A DNA stretch of 41,286 bases from Octopus sinensis (Eukaryota): NCBI RefSeq assembly GCF_006345805.1, contig NW_021835283.1, positions 1 to 41,286 of the forward strand, read 5' to 3'. Under the pieces are notes generated by a model. It did not search any database, was not told the origin of the DNA, and worked only from the letters and a program-made list of their open reading frames with translations. Both the position numbers and the translations under genes were made by a program. This document shows positions 1-10,499 of this stretch, one piece after another (the stretch's first letter is position 1; the number at the start of each line of letters is the position of its first letter).

Positions 1-787
1 CAGTAAACAATCAACTCCGTTAATCGCTATTTATTGGAAGGCGAAGAGTGAGTTTGTGGAGTTCATGCCTTAACGTAAGAAGGGATCAGGTGGAAATAAA
101 GTGTTTCCTGTTGAAGATTTAAAAAGCAGACAGACTTCAGGCGTTCGATGCCGGAAACGATGCCAGAAATCTATAGAGAACTCCCGAAAAGATTCTTGTG
201 TGTGAGGTGAGGGATTGGACCATGAATCTGAAGGCGAAAATGATTTTGGGAGACACATCGGAACTTCCAAGGAAAATTTGGCCATGGAGTTAAAACAAAA
301 TAGGTGGCTTTTCCCATCATCACAATGATGACGATGATGATGATGAGGAGGAGGAGGAGGAGGAGGAGGAGGGGTAGTGTGTAAATGCACGTAATCTGGG
401 GTCAAAGTGGGAGGAGGTGCAGCTAATGAGCAACAAGGAAATTTTGTATATGGATGAAATTCAATCCAAGAAACTGTGGCAGCATTGCGTAACTGATGGT
501 GATGCCTCCTTGCTCGGAGAGTCCGTTTTAAAGAACGTGCCAGGAAATTGTTAACGTAGTTTTACTTTGCGAAAAGAGAGAGGATTTCTCTGTACACTCG
601 ACAAGGGATCAACAGACGAAGGCATCGGACAATGTATAGGACAGTATCCTAAGGCAATACATTCGGTACAATCTGCTTGACCTTCAAAGCGCAATGGTCA
701 GGCGGAGATAGTACGTGGATCATCTGTTCATTGGCTCCTACAATAGTTGATGGTTTAGCACGACAGCCAGGGACACTAGTAGTGACA

Positions 788-1012
788 CTAAGTTATTTTA
801 TCCATCTCGCTTGGCGAACCGCTAAGTTATTTTATCGACCGTGTTTTGCGAACCGCTTAGTTATTTTATCGATACCCTTAGGTGAACCGCTAAGTTATTT
901 TATCGATCACCTTTGGTGAACAACTAATATATATTATCGATCTCCTTTGGCGAACCGCTAAGTTATTTTATCGATCTCCTTTGGTTAACCGCTTAGTTAT
1001 TTTATCGATCTC
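788..1012. repeat. 34-bp minisatellite, about 7 units, derived from a SINE 3' segment
   Basis: CT(A/T)AGTTATTTTATCGA recurs at 788, 822, 856, 890, 924 (degenerate), 958 and 992, an exact 34-bp period. The unit matches TTATTCTATCGGTCTCTTTCGCCGAACCGCTAAG in the SINE copy near 4878-4911. Confidence 0.9.
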
Positions 1013-1389
1013 GAATGACGAGTAAACATATGCACCCACTTGACCCTCCACCATTCTTTGATCCAGCGGAACATCCAGAATGTGAGAGCTGAAGAGGGAC
1101 GGGGCGGAGGCTACACTAGCACGGGTCTGGTACTCAAAGGATCAGGAGACCGAACAACTTGAAATAAAGTACCTTGCTTAAGGTCACAACACGCCGCCCA
1201 GGCCAGTAATCCAACCCACATCCTCATCCACATCCACATCCCCACGAACGTCAAGTCAACACCCCTAACCATCAGGGTTATATAAAAAGGAATTATTTTG
1301 TCAGCATTTTCTTCATTTCCTTTTTTATATATATAATATATATAATATATATATATATAATAATATTATACGTTTATATATTGTTGTGC

Positions 1390-1545
1390 AAGATTTTTAT
1401 GTGAAGTCGTGTGTTGGAATAAGAAAGAAGAAAACAAAGGACCACTGATGCGGTCACAGGAGTGTGACGAAAGAACTCTGGCCGAAATAAGATTAAGATT
1501 AATGTAAAAAATAATAAACACTGAAGCAAAGTAACACCAAATATA
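1390..1545 (+). mobile_element. Penelope-like pseudo-LTR/3' end fragment carrying a degenerate hammerhead motif
   Basis: CCA-CTGATGC-G-GTCAC-aggagt-GTGAC-GAAAG-AA-CTC-TGG at 1442-1481, followed by AATAAAC and a TA-rich tract. Confidence 0.5.
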
Positions 1546-2117
1546 TAGTGCGTGTGGTTTTATGGCTAAACTGGCAAAATTACCATCCGAAATATATAGA
1601 TTATATATATATAGTATATATCATTATTATCATTTATATATATATATACACATGTGAGTGTGTGTTACGGGTGTATTTATTTTTGTATGTATATATATAT
1701 TTGTATATGTGTATGTGTGTATATATATATATATATATGTGTGGTGTGTGTGTGTGTATGTATATAAACACACACACTCACACACATACACACGCACGCG
1801 CACAGATTAGGCCGCACCAGAAGAAATAGAACCAATGAAATTTAAAATTCCCGCAAACTGAATTTTTCTTTTTCTTTTTACAAACAGGTGGGTGTTAGTA
1901 TAACAGAGTTACTCCCCTTACACCATTCCCGGCATTTGCTGACTCCGATAAAATTGCGTTATCTACTGAAAAATGTTTTAAAAAGGTGGAATTGAGGTTG
2001 TTTTTATATCACCTATCACTTGTACTTCCAGTAGAAAGGATTACCATTATTATTATTATTATTATTAATATTATTATTATTATTATTATTATCATTATTA
2101 TTATTATTATTATTATT

Positions 2118-2693
2118 GAGTGAGCGAGCAGAGCATGCCATCAAAGTGACACTGGGGTAAAATATACGAAGCCCAATATACCCATCATGACTACCCGTCT
2201 GATAAAGGTACACCGGGCACATGCATCACGACCATATGTGCGCGACATGGTGATCTCATATCAAGATAAACAGCACATGACCTTGCAGGTGGGGCCCGGT
2301 TAGAATTTTCTTCAGGTTGAGTAGCCCATCCCACTCAAACGGTCCCTGAATAAGGGTTGTTTAAGGATGTTGAAAGAACCCCACCCATGTTTCCAGAGGT
2401 GAACTATTCAAACTCCAAAGAATCCCTCTCAACACATGGCTATGATGCTCCCCCACTATTCTGCTCGTGATCAGAGATGCACATATCGTCAGCCACTAAG
2501 GGACATGCTCAACTGGTTAAAGTCAAACAACTGACAAGCAAATCTGTGGTATGAGCAGAATTTGCTGAGTCCATCTTTTATACCAAGACAAAACAATGTA
2601 CATCATAACACTTCCAATCAGTTAAGATCAGAAGCCATGAGAGCCACTGCCTGGTACTGCATCAGGGCATTGCCTGGTACTGCATCAGGGCAT
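2118..2693 (-). mobile_element. About 575-bp non-autonomous non-LTR element embedded in a (TAA)n microsatellite
   Basis: Highly similar to 12224-12650. Both copies start at the same base after (ATT)n and end in (ATT)n. The right end carries a 23-bp tandem duplication (2648-2670/2671-2693). Confidence 0.8.
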
Positions 2694-2699
2694 ACACCC

Positions 2700-2748
<49 letters not shown>

Positions 2749-2796
2749 TCATTATTATTATTATCATTTCTATTATCATTATTATTATTATTATTA

Positions 2797-2844
<48 letters not shown>

Positions 2845-3009
2845 TATCATTAGTATTACTACTATTATTATTATTATTATTATTATTATTCATCATCATT
2901 ATTATATTATTATTATTATTATCATTAGTCTACTATTATTTTATATTATTATTATTATATTATTATTATCATATTATTATTCATTATTATTATCATTATT
3001 ATATTATTA

Positions 3010-3042
<33 letters not shown>

Positions 3043-3112
3043 CATCATCATTATTATTATTATTATTATTATCATTAGTATAATATAATTATTATCATTA
3101 TTATTATTATTA

Positions 3113-3147
<35 letters not shown>
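2700..3147. repeat. (ATT)n/(ATC)n microsatellite
   Basis: Long imperfect trinucleotide tract. Confidence 0.97.
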
Positions 3148-3148
<1 letters not shown>

Positions 3149-3315
3149 AGCGATGAGATGGCAGAATCGTTAGCGAGCTGGGCAAAATGCTTAGCGATAT
3201 TTCGCCCGTCACTATGTTCCGAGTTCAAATTCCGCCGAGGTCGGAACAATGGGGTCGATGTAATCGACTTACACCCTCCCTCGAAATTGCTAGCCTTGTG
3301 CTAAAGCTTGAAATC
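3148..3315 (+). mobile_element. tRNA-derived SINE, family 'C' (GGCAGAAxCGTTAGC head), internally deleted
   Basis: Shares GAGTTCAAATTCCGCCGAGGTCG and GGGGTCGATGTAATCGACT with the many other copies in the window. Confidence 0.85.
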
Positions 3316-3336
3316 ATTATTGTTGTTATTAATTAT

Positions 3337-4012
3337 AGGGGCACATATCTTAGTGGTTAGTGCGTTGCACTCACGTTTGCGAGATCGTGATTTCAATTCC
3401 TAGGCCGGGTGGTACTCTCTCTCTGTTTTACTCTTTTACTTGTTTCAGTTATTTGACTGCGGCCATGCTGGAGCACCGCCTTTAGTCGAGCAAATCGACC
3501 CCGTACTTTTTCTCTCGGTCTCTTTTGCCGAACCGCTAGGTGACGGGGACATACACACACCAGCATCGGTTGTCAAGCAATGCTAGGGGGACAAACACAG
3601 ACACACAAACACGCACACATATATACATATATACGACGGGCTTCTTTCAGTTTCCGTCTACCAAATCCACTCACAAGGCATTGGTCGGCCCGGGGCTATA
3701 GCAGAAGACACTTGCCGAAGGTACCATGCAGTGGGACTGAACCCGCAACCATGTGGTTGGTTAGCAAGCTACTTACCACACAGCCACTCCTGCGCCTATA
3801 CGTTGTGTTCCTGAGCAAAACACTTCATCTCACGCTTCGACACCTGACGCGCGGTAGACTTGTGCACCTGTTCAGACCACGTCAATTTTTGATGCAGGGA
3901 GTGAGCTAATGTGCGGCACATCCATTTGACCCCGAGAAACGAACCGTTTTGGGGCGGATCGTTCGGCAAAAGCTGAACGTTCATACGTCGTCTTCGACGG
4001 GAGAGTCCATCA
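3337..4012 (+). mobile_element. tRNA-head CORE-type SINE split by a nested insertion
   Basis: Head with A/B-box-like TAGTGGTTAG...TTCAATTCC at 3337-3412. The sequence resumes at about 3800 with CGTTGTGTTCCTGAGCAAAACACTT (CORE-like). Confidence 0.7.
3413..3797 (-). mobile_element. Near full-length CORE-type SINE (GGAGTGGCTGTGTGG head) nested in another SINE
   Basis: Reverse complement of the 25315-25735 element, from head to the ...AAGTAAAAGAGTA tail. Confidence 0.9.
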
Positions 4013-4017
4013 TTACT

Positions 4018-4096
<79 letters not shown>

Positions 4097-4252
4097 AGAA
4101 CTACTACTACTATACTACTACTACTGCTACTGCTGCTGCTGCTACAACTACTAATACTACTACTACTAATAATAATAATAATAATACTGCTGCTGCTACT
4201 ACTACTACTACTACTGCTACTGCTGCTTCTACTGCTACTACTACTACTGCTT

Positions 4253-4294
<42 letters not shown>

Positions 4295-4358
4295 TACTAC
4301 TGTTGCTGCTGCTGCTGCTGCTAATACTTACTACTATTACTATTACTACTACTACTAC
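4013..4358. repeat. (CTA)n/(CTG)n compound microsatellite
   Basis: Direct reading. Confidence 0.95.
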
Positions 4359-4372
4359 AGATGATAAATTAC

Positions 4373-4642
4373 TTTGAAATTCTGGAATCCACAACCTGAA
4401 AACAAAACAAAAACATAGGATATGTTTGGAGGAGAATTCTGCTCGTTACGGATTGGCACAGAATGGGACAAGGACGACGACAACGGCAGCAGCAGCAGCT
4501 TGCGTCGGCTGACTGAATAACATTGGCAAATTAGAGAAAACTTACCAAAACAAAATGTCAACTTCAAGGGACGTAACTTTTACTTTATGACGATTATCTC
4601 CCTTGCACACTTTGCTTTGATTTTCAATTCGTAACTTGCAAA
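4373..4642 (-). other. Candidate pair of spliced exons (4642-4546 and 4395-4373) of an unidentified gene
   Basis: The 97-nt segment is bounded by a pyrimidine-rich CAG acceptor and TG|GTAAGT. The 23-nt segment is bounded by TTTTGTTTTCAG and A|GTAATT. Phases join to give xCKLRIENQSKVCKGDNRHKVKVTSLEVDILFWLWIPEFQ. Confidence 0.35.
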
Positions 4643-4754
4643 CTGAAGATAGAGGGAGGGAGGGAGGAAGGAGGTAGAGGAAGAGAGGGGGAGAGACAGA
4701 GAGACAGACAGACAGATAGACAGACAAATATACGTGTATATGGATGGACGATAT

Positions 4755-4960
4755 ATTTGTATTTATGTATTCTTTTATTTGTTTCAGTCATTTGACTGCG
4801 ACCATGCTGGAGCACCGCCTTTAAGTCGAACAAATCGACCCCGCCCCAGGACTTATTCTTTATAAGCCTAGTGTACTTATTCTATCGGTCTCTTTCGCCG
4901 AACCGCTAAGTTACGGAATGTAACGTAGATGTCAAGCGATGGCGAGGGGACAACACACAC
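4755..4960 (-). mobile_element. 3' part of CORE-type SINE
   Basis: TTTCAGTCATTTGACTGCGACCATGCTGGAGCACCGCC...GCCGAACCGCTAAG matches the family tail. Confidence 0.85.
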
Positions 4961-4974
4961 ACACACACACACAT

Positions 4975-5140
4975 ATTCTTTTTATTCTTTTCTACTCTCG
5001 GCACAAGGCCCGAAATTTTTGGTGAGGGAGCCAGTCGATTAGATCGACCCCAGTACGCAACTGGTACTTAATTTATCGACCCCGAAAGGATGAGTGGCAA
5101 AGTCGACCTCGGTGGAATTTGAACTCAGAATGTAAAGACA
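4975..5140 (-). mobile_element. SINE family 'C' fragment
   Basis: ATCGACCCCGAAAGGATGA...AAGTCGACCTCGGTGGAATTTGAACTCAGAA. Confidence 0.85.
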
Positions 5141-5644
5141 GACGAACCACCACCATATATTATCTCTCCACCATCACCACCACCACTAATCAGTACCTTT
5201 CCACCACCAACATACAGTATCTCCACCGTCACCACCACCACCAAACAGTATCTCACCACCACCGCCACCACCAACTCCACTTCCACCGTCGCCACACGTC
5301 TTTTCTCTCCCGTCTTCTCTTCCCGAAGACAGCGAATGAAATCTATCGGAACATTTTCAGATAAAAAATGGGATTCTTCCCAGAGAGGTGTGTGTGTGTG
5401 TGTGTGTGTGTCTGTCTGTCTGTCTGTGTGTGTGTCTGTGTGTTTGTGTGTGTGTGTGTGTCTGTCTGTCTGTGTGTGTTTGTGTGTGTGTGTGTAAATT
5501 ATTCTTGAGCGAGATATTTTGTCGTTTCCTATAACAGTACAACGATCTACCATATATAGTTGTGTAGTATAAACATACACACGCATACACACATACATAC
5601 ACGTACACAAACACACGCACACATACATATAGATACACACATAC

Positions 5645-6920
5645 ATCATCATCATCATCATCATCGTTTAACGTCCGCTTTTCATGCTAGCATGGGTTGG
5701 ACGGTTCAACTGGGGTCTGGGAAGCCCGAAGGCTGCACCAGACCAGTCTGATCTGGCAGTGTTTCTACAGCTGGATGCCCTTCCTAACGCCAACCACTCC
5801 GAGAGTGTAGTGGGTGATTTTATGTGCCACCGACACAGGTGCCAGACGAGGCTGGCGAACGGCCACGCTCGGATGGTGTTTTTTATGTGCCACCGACACA
5901 AGGTGCCAGACGAGGCTGGCGAACGACCACGCTCGGATGGTGTTTTTTATGTGCCACCGACACCGGTGCCAGACGAGGCTGGCGAACGGCCACGATCGGA
6001 TGGTGTTTTTTATGTGCCACCGACACAAGTGCTAGACGAGGCTGGCGAATGGCCACGATCGGATGGTGTTTTTTATGTGCCACCGACACAAGTGCTAGAC
6101 GAGGCTGGCGAATGGCCACGATCGGATGGTGTTTTTTATGTGCCACCGACACAAGTGCTAGACGAGGCTGGCGAACGACCACGCTCGGATGGTGTTTTTT
6201 ATGTGCCACCGACACCGGTGCCAGACGAGGCTGGCGAATGGCCACGATCGGATGGTGTTTTTTATGTGTCACCGACACAAGTGCTAGACGAGGCTGGCGA
6301 ACGGCCACGATCGGATGGTGTTTTTTATGTGCCACCGACACCGGTGCCAGACGAGGCTGGCGAACGGCCACGCTCGGATGGTGTTTTTTATGTGCCACCG
6401 ACACCGGTGCCAGACGAGGCTGGCGAACGGCCACGATCGGATGGTGTTTTTTATGTGCCACCGACACAAGTGCTAGACGAGGCTGGCGAATGGCCACGAT
6501 CGGATGGTGTTTTTTATGTGCCACCGACACCGGTGCCAGACGAGGCTGGCGAACGGCCACGATCGGATGGTGTTTTTTATGTGCCACCGACACAAGGTGC
6601 CAGACGAGGCTGGCGAACGACCACGCTCGGATGGTGTTTTTTATGTGCCACCGACACAAGTGCCAGACGAGGCTGGCGAACGGCCACGATCGGATGGTGT
6701 TTTTTATGTGCCACCGACACCGGTGCCAGACGAGGCTGGCGAATGGCCACGATCGGATGGTGTTTTTTATGTGCCACCGACACAAGTGCCAGACGAGGCT
6801 GGCGAACGGCCACGATCGGATGGTGTTTTTTATGTGCCCACAGCATGGAGGCAGGTCGATGCGGTACTGGCTACGGCCACGTTCGGATGGTTTTCTTATG
6901 TGCCACCGGCACTGGTACCA
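5645..6920 (-). mobile_element. SINE family 'M' ((ATG)n tail, GGTTGGCGTTAGGAAGGGCATCCAGC core) with an expanded internal array
   Basis: The (CAT)n tail and body match the copies at 19400, 36838 and 38540. I associate the core motif with Meta-domain SINEs from memory, unverified. Confidence 0.85.
5820..6840. repeat. 63-bp minisatellite, 16 units
   Basis: GGATGG recurs at 5871, 5935, 5998 and then every 63 bp to 6818, with 64-bp steps at 5871-5935 and 6565-6629. Confidence 0.97.
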
Positions 6921-7149
6921 CTAAGATGCAAATTCCATTGATTGTTCATCGAACATCAATGGAATTTGTATATATATATAAATGCATACATAAAGAGAGG
7001 GTTGAGGTTCAGTCCCACTTCACGGCACCATGGGCTGAAGGCGTTGTTTTTTTATTATATAGCCCCAGGCTGACCATGGATTTGACTGCGGCCATGCTGG
7101 AGCACCGCATGAATTTCATTGAGAGAAACTGTGCAGAAGTGCAGGCACA

Positions 7150-7305
7150 CGCGAGGCTGTGTGATAAAAAGCTTGCTTACCAACCACATGGTTCTGGGTT
7201 GGTCCCACTGTGTGGCACTTGGGCAAATATCTTCTACTATAACTTCAGGCTGACCAAAGCCTGGTCGTGGATTTGGTAGACGGAAACTGAAAGAGGCCCG
7301 CCGTA
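7150..7305 (+). mobile_element. CORE-type SINE 5' half
   Basis: GGCTGTGTGATAAAAAGCTTGC...GTCCCACTGTGTGGCACTTGGGCAA...GGATTTGGTAGACGGAAACTGAAAGA. Confidence 0.85.
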
Positions 7306-7629
7306 CCATATGTTACATAGATATTATACCATACCATGATACTGTGTGGACTAAGATCCCTGTTGACAGGCCGCTGGTATTTATAGAGTGGTAGACACCT
7401 TCTGTATGCAAATTAAGGACCACTTCATAGAGTAACTGCTGCATTTGTTGAGTATATTAACATTTGGCTACCTGTTTCCCCGGAGACAGTCAGAATGTGG
7501 ACGCATCTGATGAAAAGCCAATAAGATTTGGAAATTGATTGAGGGTTTTCATAATTTTTTTCAATCTGTGGAGAAATGGCTAAAATTTCCCTTGTTTATA
7601 ATTATACCATGTTATATATACATATATTT

Positions 7630-7830
7630 CTTTATTGCGCACAAGGGGCTAAACAAAGAGGAGAAAACAAGGACAGACAAAGGGATTAAGTCGATTACAT
7701 TGACCCCAGTGTGAAACTGGTACTTTATTTATCGATCCTGAAAGGATGAAAGGCTAAGTCGACCTCAGCAGAATTTGAACTCAGAACGTAATGACAGACG
7801 AAATACCGCAAAGCATTTCACCCAGAGTAT
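7630..7830 (-). mobile_element. SINE family 'C'
   Basis: Tail CACAAGGGGCTAAAC through GACGAAATACCGCAAAGCATTTC. Confidence 0.85.
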
Positions 7831-7833
7831 ATG

Positions 7834-7869
<36 letters not shown>

Positions 7870-7873
<4 letters not shown>

Positions 7874-8012
7874 AAGAATTTACAAAAACAAAAGATGAAG
7901 TCAGGTGGGGTACAAACAAACAGATGTATTAGTATAATGCTCGGAAAGTGAAAAAGTCTTTAACGTTTCGAGCCTACGCTCTTCTTCAGAAAGGAACAAG
8001 GAGAGAAAATAA
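7870..8012 (-). mobile_element. Short Penelope-like non-autonomous element with a minimal type I hammerhead ribozyme (7958-7993)
   Basis: Minus strand reads CTTT-CTGAAGA-A-GAGC-GTAG-GCTC-GAAAC-GTT-AAAG. A second copy lies at 24560-24745. Both abut a (TA)n tract. Confidence 0.7.
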
Positions 8013-8014
8013 AT

Positions 8015-8700
8015 ATATGTGTCTGTGTTTGTTCCCACCACCATCACTTGACAACTGATGTTGGTGTGTTTATGTCCCTGTAACTTAGCAGTTTGGCAAA
8101 AGAGATGATAGAATAAGTACTAGGCTTACAAAGAATAAGCCCTGGGGTCAATTTTTTTGTCTATAACACTTTAAGGTGATACTCCAGCATGGCCACAGCT
8201 AAATGACTGAACCAAGTAAGAGTATAACAGTGTGTGTGTTTGTCCCCAACCACCACTTGGCAACCGGTGTTGGTGTGTTTATGTCCTCGCAACTTAGCGG
8301 TTCAGCAAAAGAGACTGATAGAATAAGTACCAGGCTTTACAAAAATATAATTACTGGAGTCGAATCATTCAACAAAAAATTCTTCAAGACATTGCCCCAG
8401 CATGGCCACGGTACAACGACTAAAACAAAGACAAAAGATATATATATACATGTATGCGTACATATGTATATGTATGTGTGTGTCTTTGTCCCCACCATTG
8501 CTGGTTTGTTTACATCCCCCTAACTTAACAGTTTGGCAAAAGACACCAATAGACTAATTACCGGACTTACAAAATCAAATCGAAAAAAATTATATTGGGG
8601 TCGATTTGTTCAACTAAAACCCTTGAGTGTAGTGCTCCAGCATGACAACAGTTGGATGACTGAAGCCAGGAAAAAAGCAACAAAAATATAAAAGAAAAAA
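8015..8700 (+). mobile_element. Three successive, diverged 3' halves of the CORE-type SINE
   Basis: The block GTGTTTGT(T/C)CC...GGCAAAAGAG...CCAGCATG appears three times, from about 8025, 8232 and 8480. Confidence 0.75.
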
Positions 8701-9426
8701 CGTTTTAAAATCACATAACAAAAAGACACCAACACATTAATTTGGATTTATTTATTTTATTTTATTAATTAATTAATTAATTATTTTATTTACAGGAAGA
8801 GATTCAGGTGAATTTTAATTTTGGTTTTTAATTATTTTTTGTTTTCTTTAGTAAATTACAAACTTTACAAATATTTCAGGTTTTCAAATCCTCAGTGAAA
8901 AAAAAAGAAAAATTCATTGACACACAGAGTGACAAACAGACAGACACGCACACAGACACATCCACACCCACACACACAATTTTATAATTATAATTAACAA
9001 AAAATTTATTTTTTTTTATGACCAGGCACCAAGACCATTTACAAAGTTTTGGTTTATTTCCACCTCCTCAGTGGAAAAAAGAAATCATTCACACACACAC
9101 ACACATTTTATTAATTACAATTAAAAAAATAATGGGTTTTTTTTAATGACTAGGCACCAAGACCAATTATTGCATGGATGGGAGGGTGGGAGAAAAAAAT
9201 AAAAAGCAAGAGGACTGCAGTATAGCAAGAGATAACCCCAGTATATTACTGGGACAAAAACAAAAAAGTACAGTCATCGGTCACAGCAAGGTTTTGATTA
9301 AATAAACCACAAAAAAAAATTAAGGGAATTGATTGCATATTAATTAAATAATTAACAAAATTACATATTTAAGGCATTTAATCAAACAATCATCTGATTC
9401 ACCCAACTCAACATCTTTAAAAAAGA

Positions 9427-9459
<33 letters not shown>

Positions 9460-9464
<5 letters not shown>

Positions 9465-9658
9465 CCTTTCGGCCTGAAAGTTTTGGGGCAGGGTTAAGTC
9501 GATTAGATCGACCCCAGTACTCGACAGGACCTTAATTTATTGACCCGAAAGGATGAAAGGCTAAGCTGACCTCAGCGAAATTTGAACTCAGGACGTCAAC
9601 ACAGACAAAATACCGCTAAGCATTTCGCCCAACATGCTAACGATTCTGCCACCTTAAT

Positions 9659-9697
<39 letters not shown>

Positions 9698-9900
9698 TAT
9701 AATTATAATGATAATAATAATGATAATAATAATAATGGTGTTTGATTAAGGCACAAGGCCAGCAGTTTTGAGTAGGGGCAGTGAAGTCGATTGACATTGG
9801 CCCCTAGTACTCAACTGGAAATTTATTTTACTGACCCCAAAAGGATGAAAGGCAAAGTCGACCTCAGAGGGATTTGAACCCTGAACGTAAAAGTTTATAA
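9460..9900 (-). mobile_element. Two SINE family 'C' copies separated by (TAA)n
   Basis: GACCCGAAAGGATGAAAGGC...GACCTCAG...TTTGAAC at about 9540 and about 9835. Confidence 0.8.
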
Positions 9901-10499
9901 CAAAATAATACCACAGGTTATATTGTATGATGTTCTACCAATTCTTCCATTCTCAGCCTCTCCCCAACCTCCCCCACCCCCCACCCAGAAATGGAAATAT
10001 ATTCAAACACACATACACACAAAAAAAAACATTACTGGCCATTAAAAAGAAAAACAAAAGGAAAAAAAAGAGAGGTATGTGTGAAGGGGTGGGGTGGATA
10101 AGATGTAATGAAAGCAAGGCAAGGCATTCGAGCCACCACATCAGCACATAATAATATAGTGTCTCTTATATACATACACATGCACACACACAATCACTAC
10201 CACCACCACCACCACCATTGTTATCATCTCCATGACCACCACCAATAAAGGGACAAGTCAGCACACACCCAATTGCCACCACCATCCCTACCACCACCAA
10301 TAAGGGGACAAGTGTGCACACACACACACACTTAATCACCACCAGCATCACCATAACCAGTCCTCATTAGGAGGAGGAGGAAGAGGAGGAGGAGGAGGAG
10401 GAAGAGGAGAGAATAGTTACTTTGGGATAAGGCCACAAAAATTTGTAAGACAGGAGGTAAATGGGATTGTGTGGCAGTCATGCCTTTCCCCAAACACAT

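Noticed and set aside
1888-1986. Plus-strand exon after a strong polypyrimidine acceptor
   Set aside because: One frame is open, but the donor is weak and the peptide is unrecognised.
2590-2693. HDV-like ribozyme at the 5' end of the TAA-targeted element
   Set aside because: A hairpin is present (CTTCTGATC/GATTGGAAG on the minus strand), but I could not build the nested double pseudoknot or find the catalytic C.
5820-6910. CRISPR array
   Set aside because: The spacer-like parts are near-identical or homologous, the array is inside a eukaryotic SINE, and there are no cas genes.
5684-7279. 531-aa ORF and overlapping 300-366-aa ORFs
   Set aside because: These are by-products of a 63-bp (multiple of 3) array. 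They are open on both strands, begin in a SINE and end in other SINE fragments.
8796-8807. 12-nt plus-strand microexon (TTTACAG|GAAGAGATTCAG|GTGAAT)
   Set aside because: It is too short to distinguish from chance in an AT-rich, locally duplicated region.
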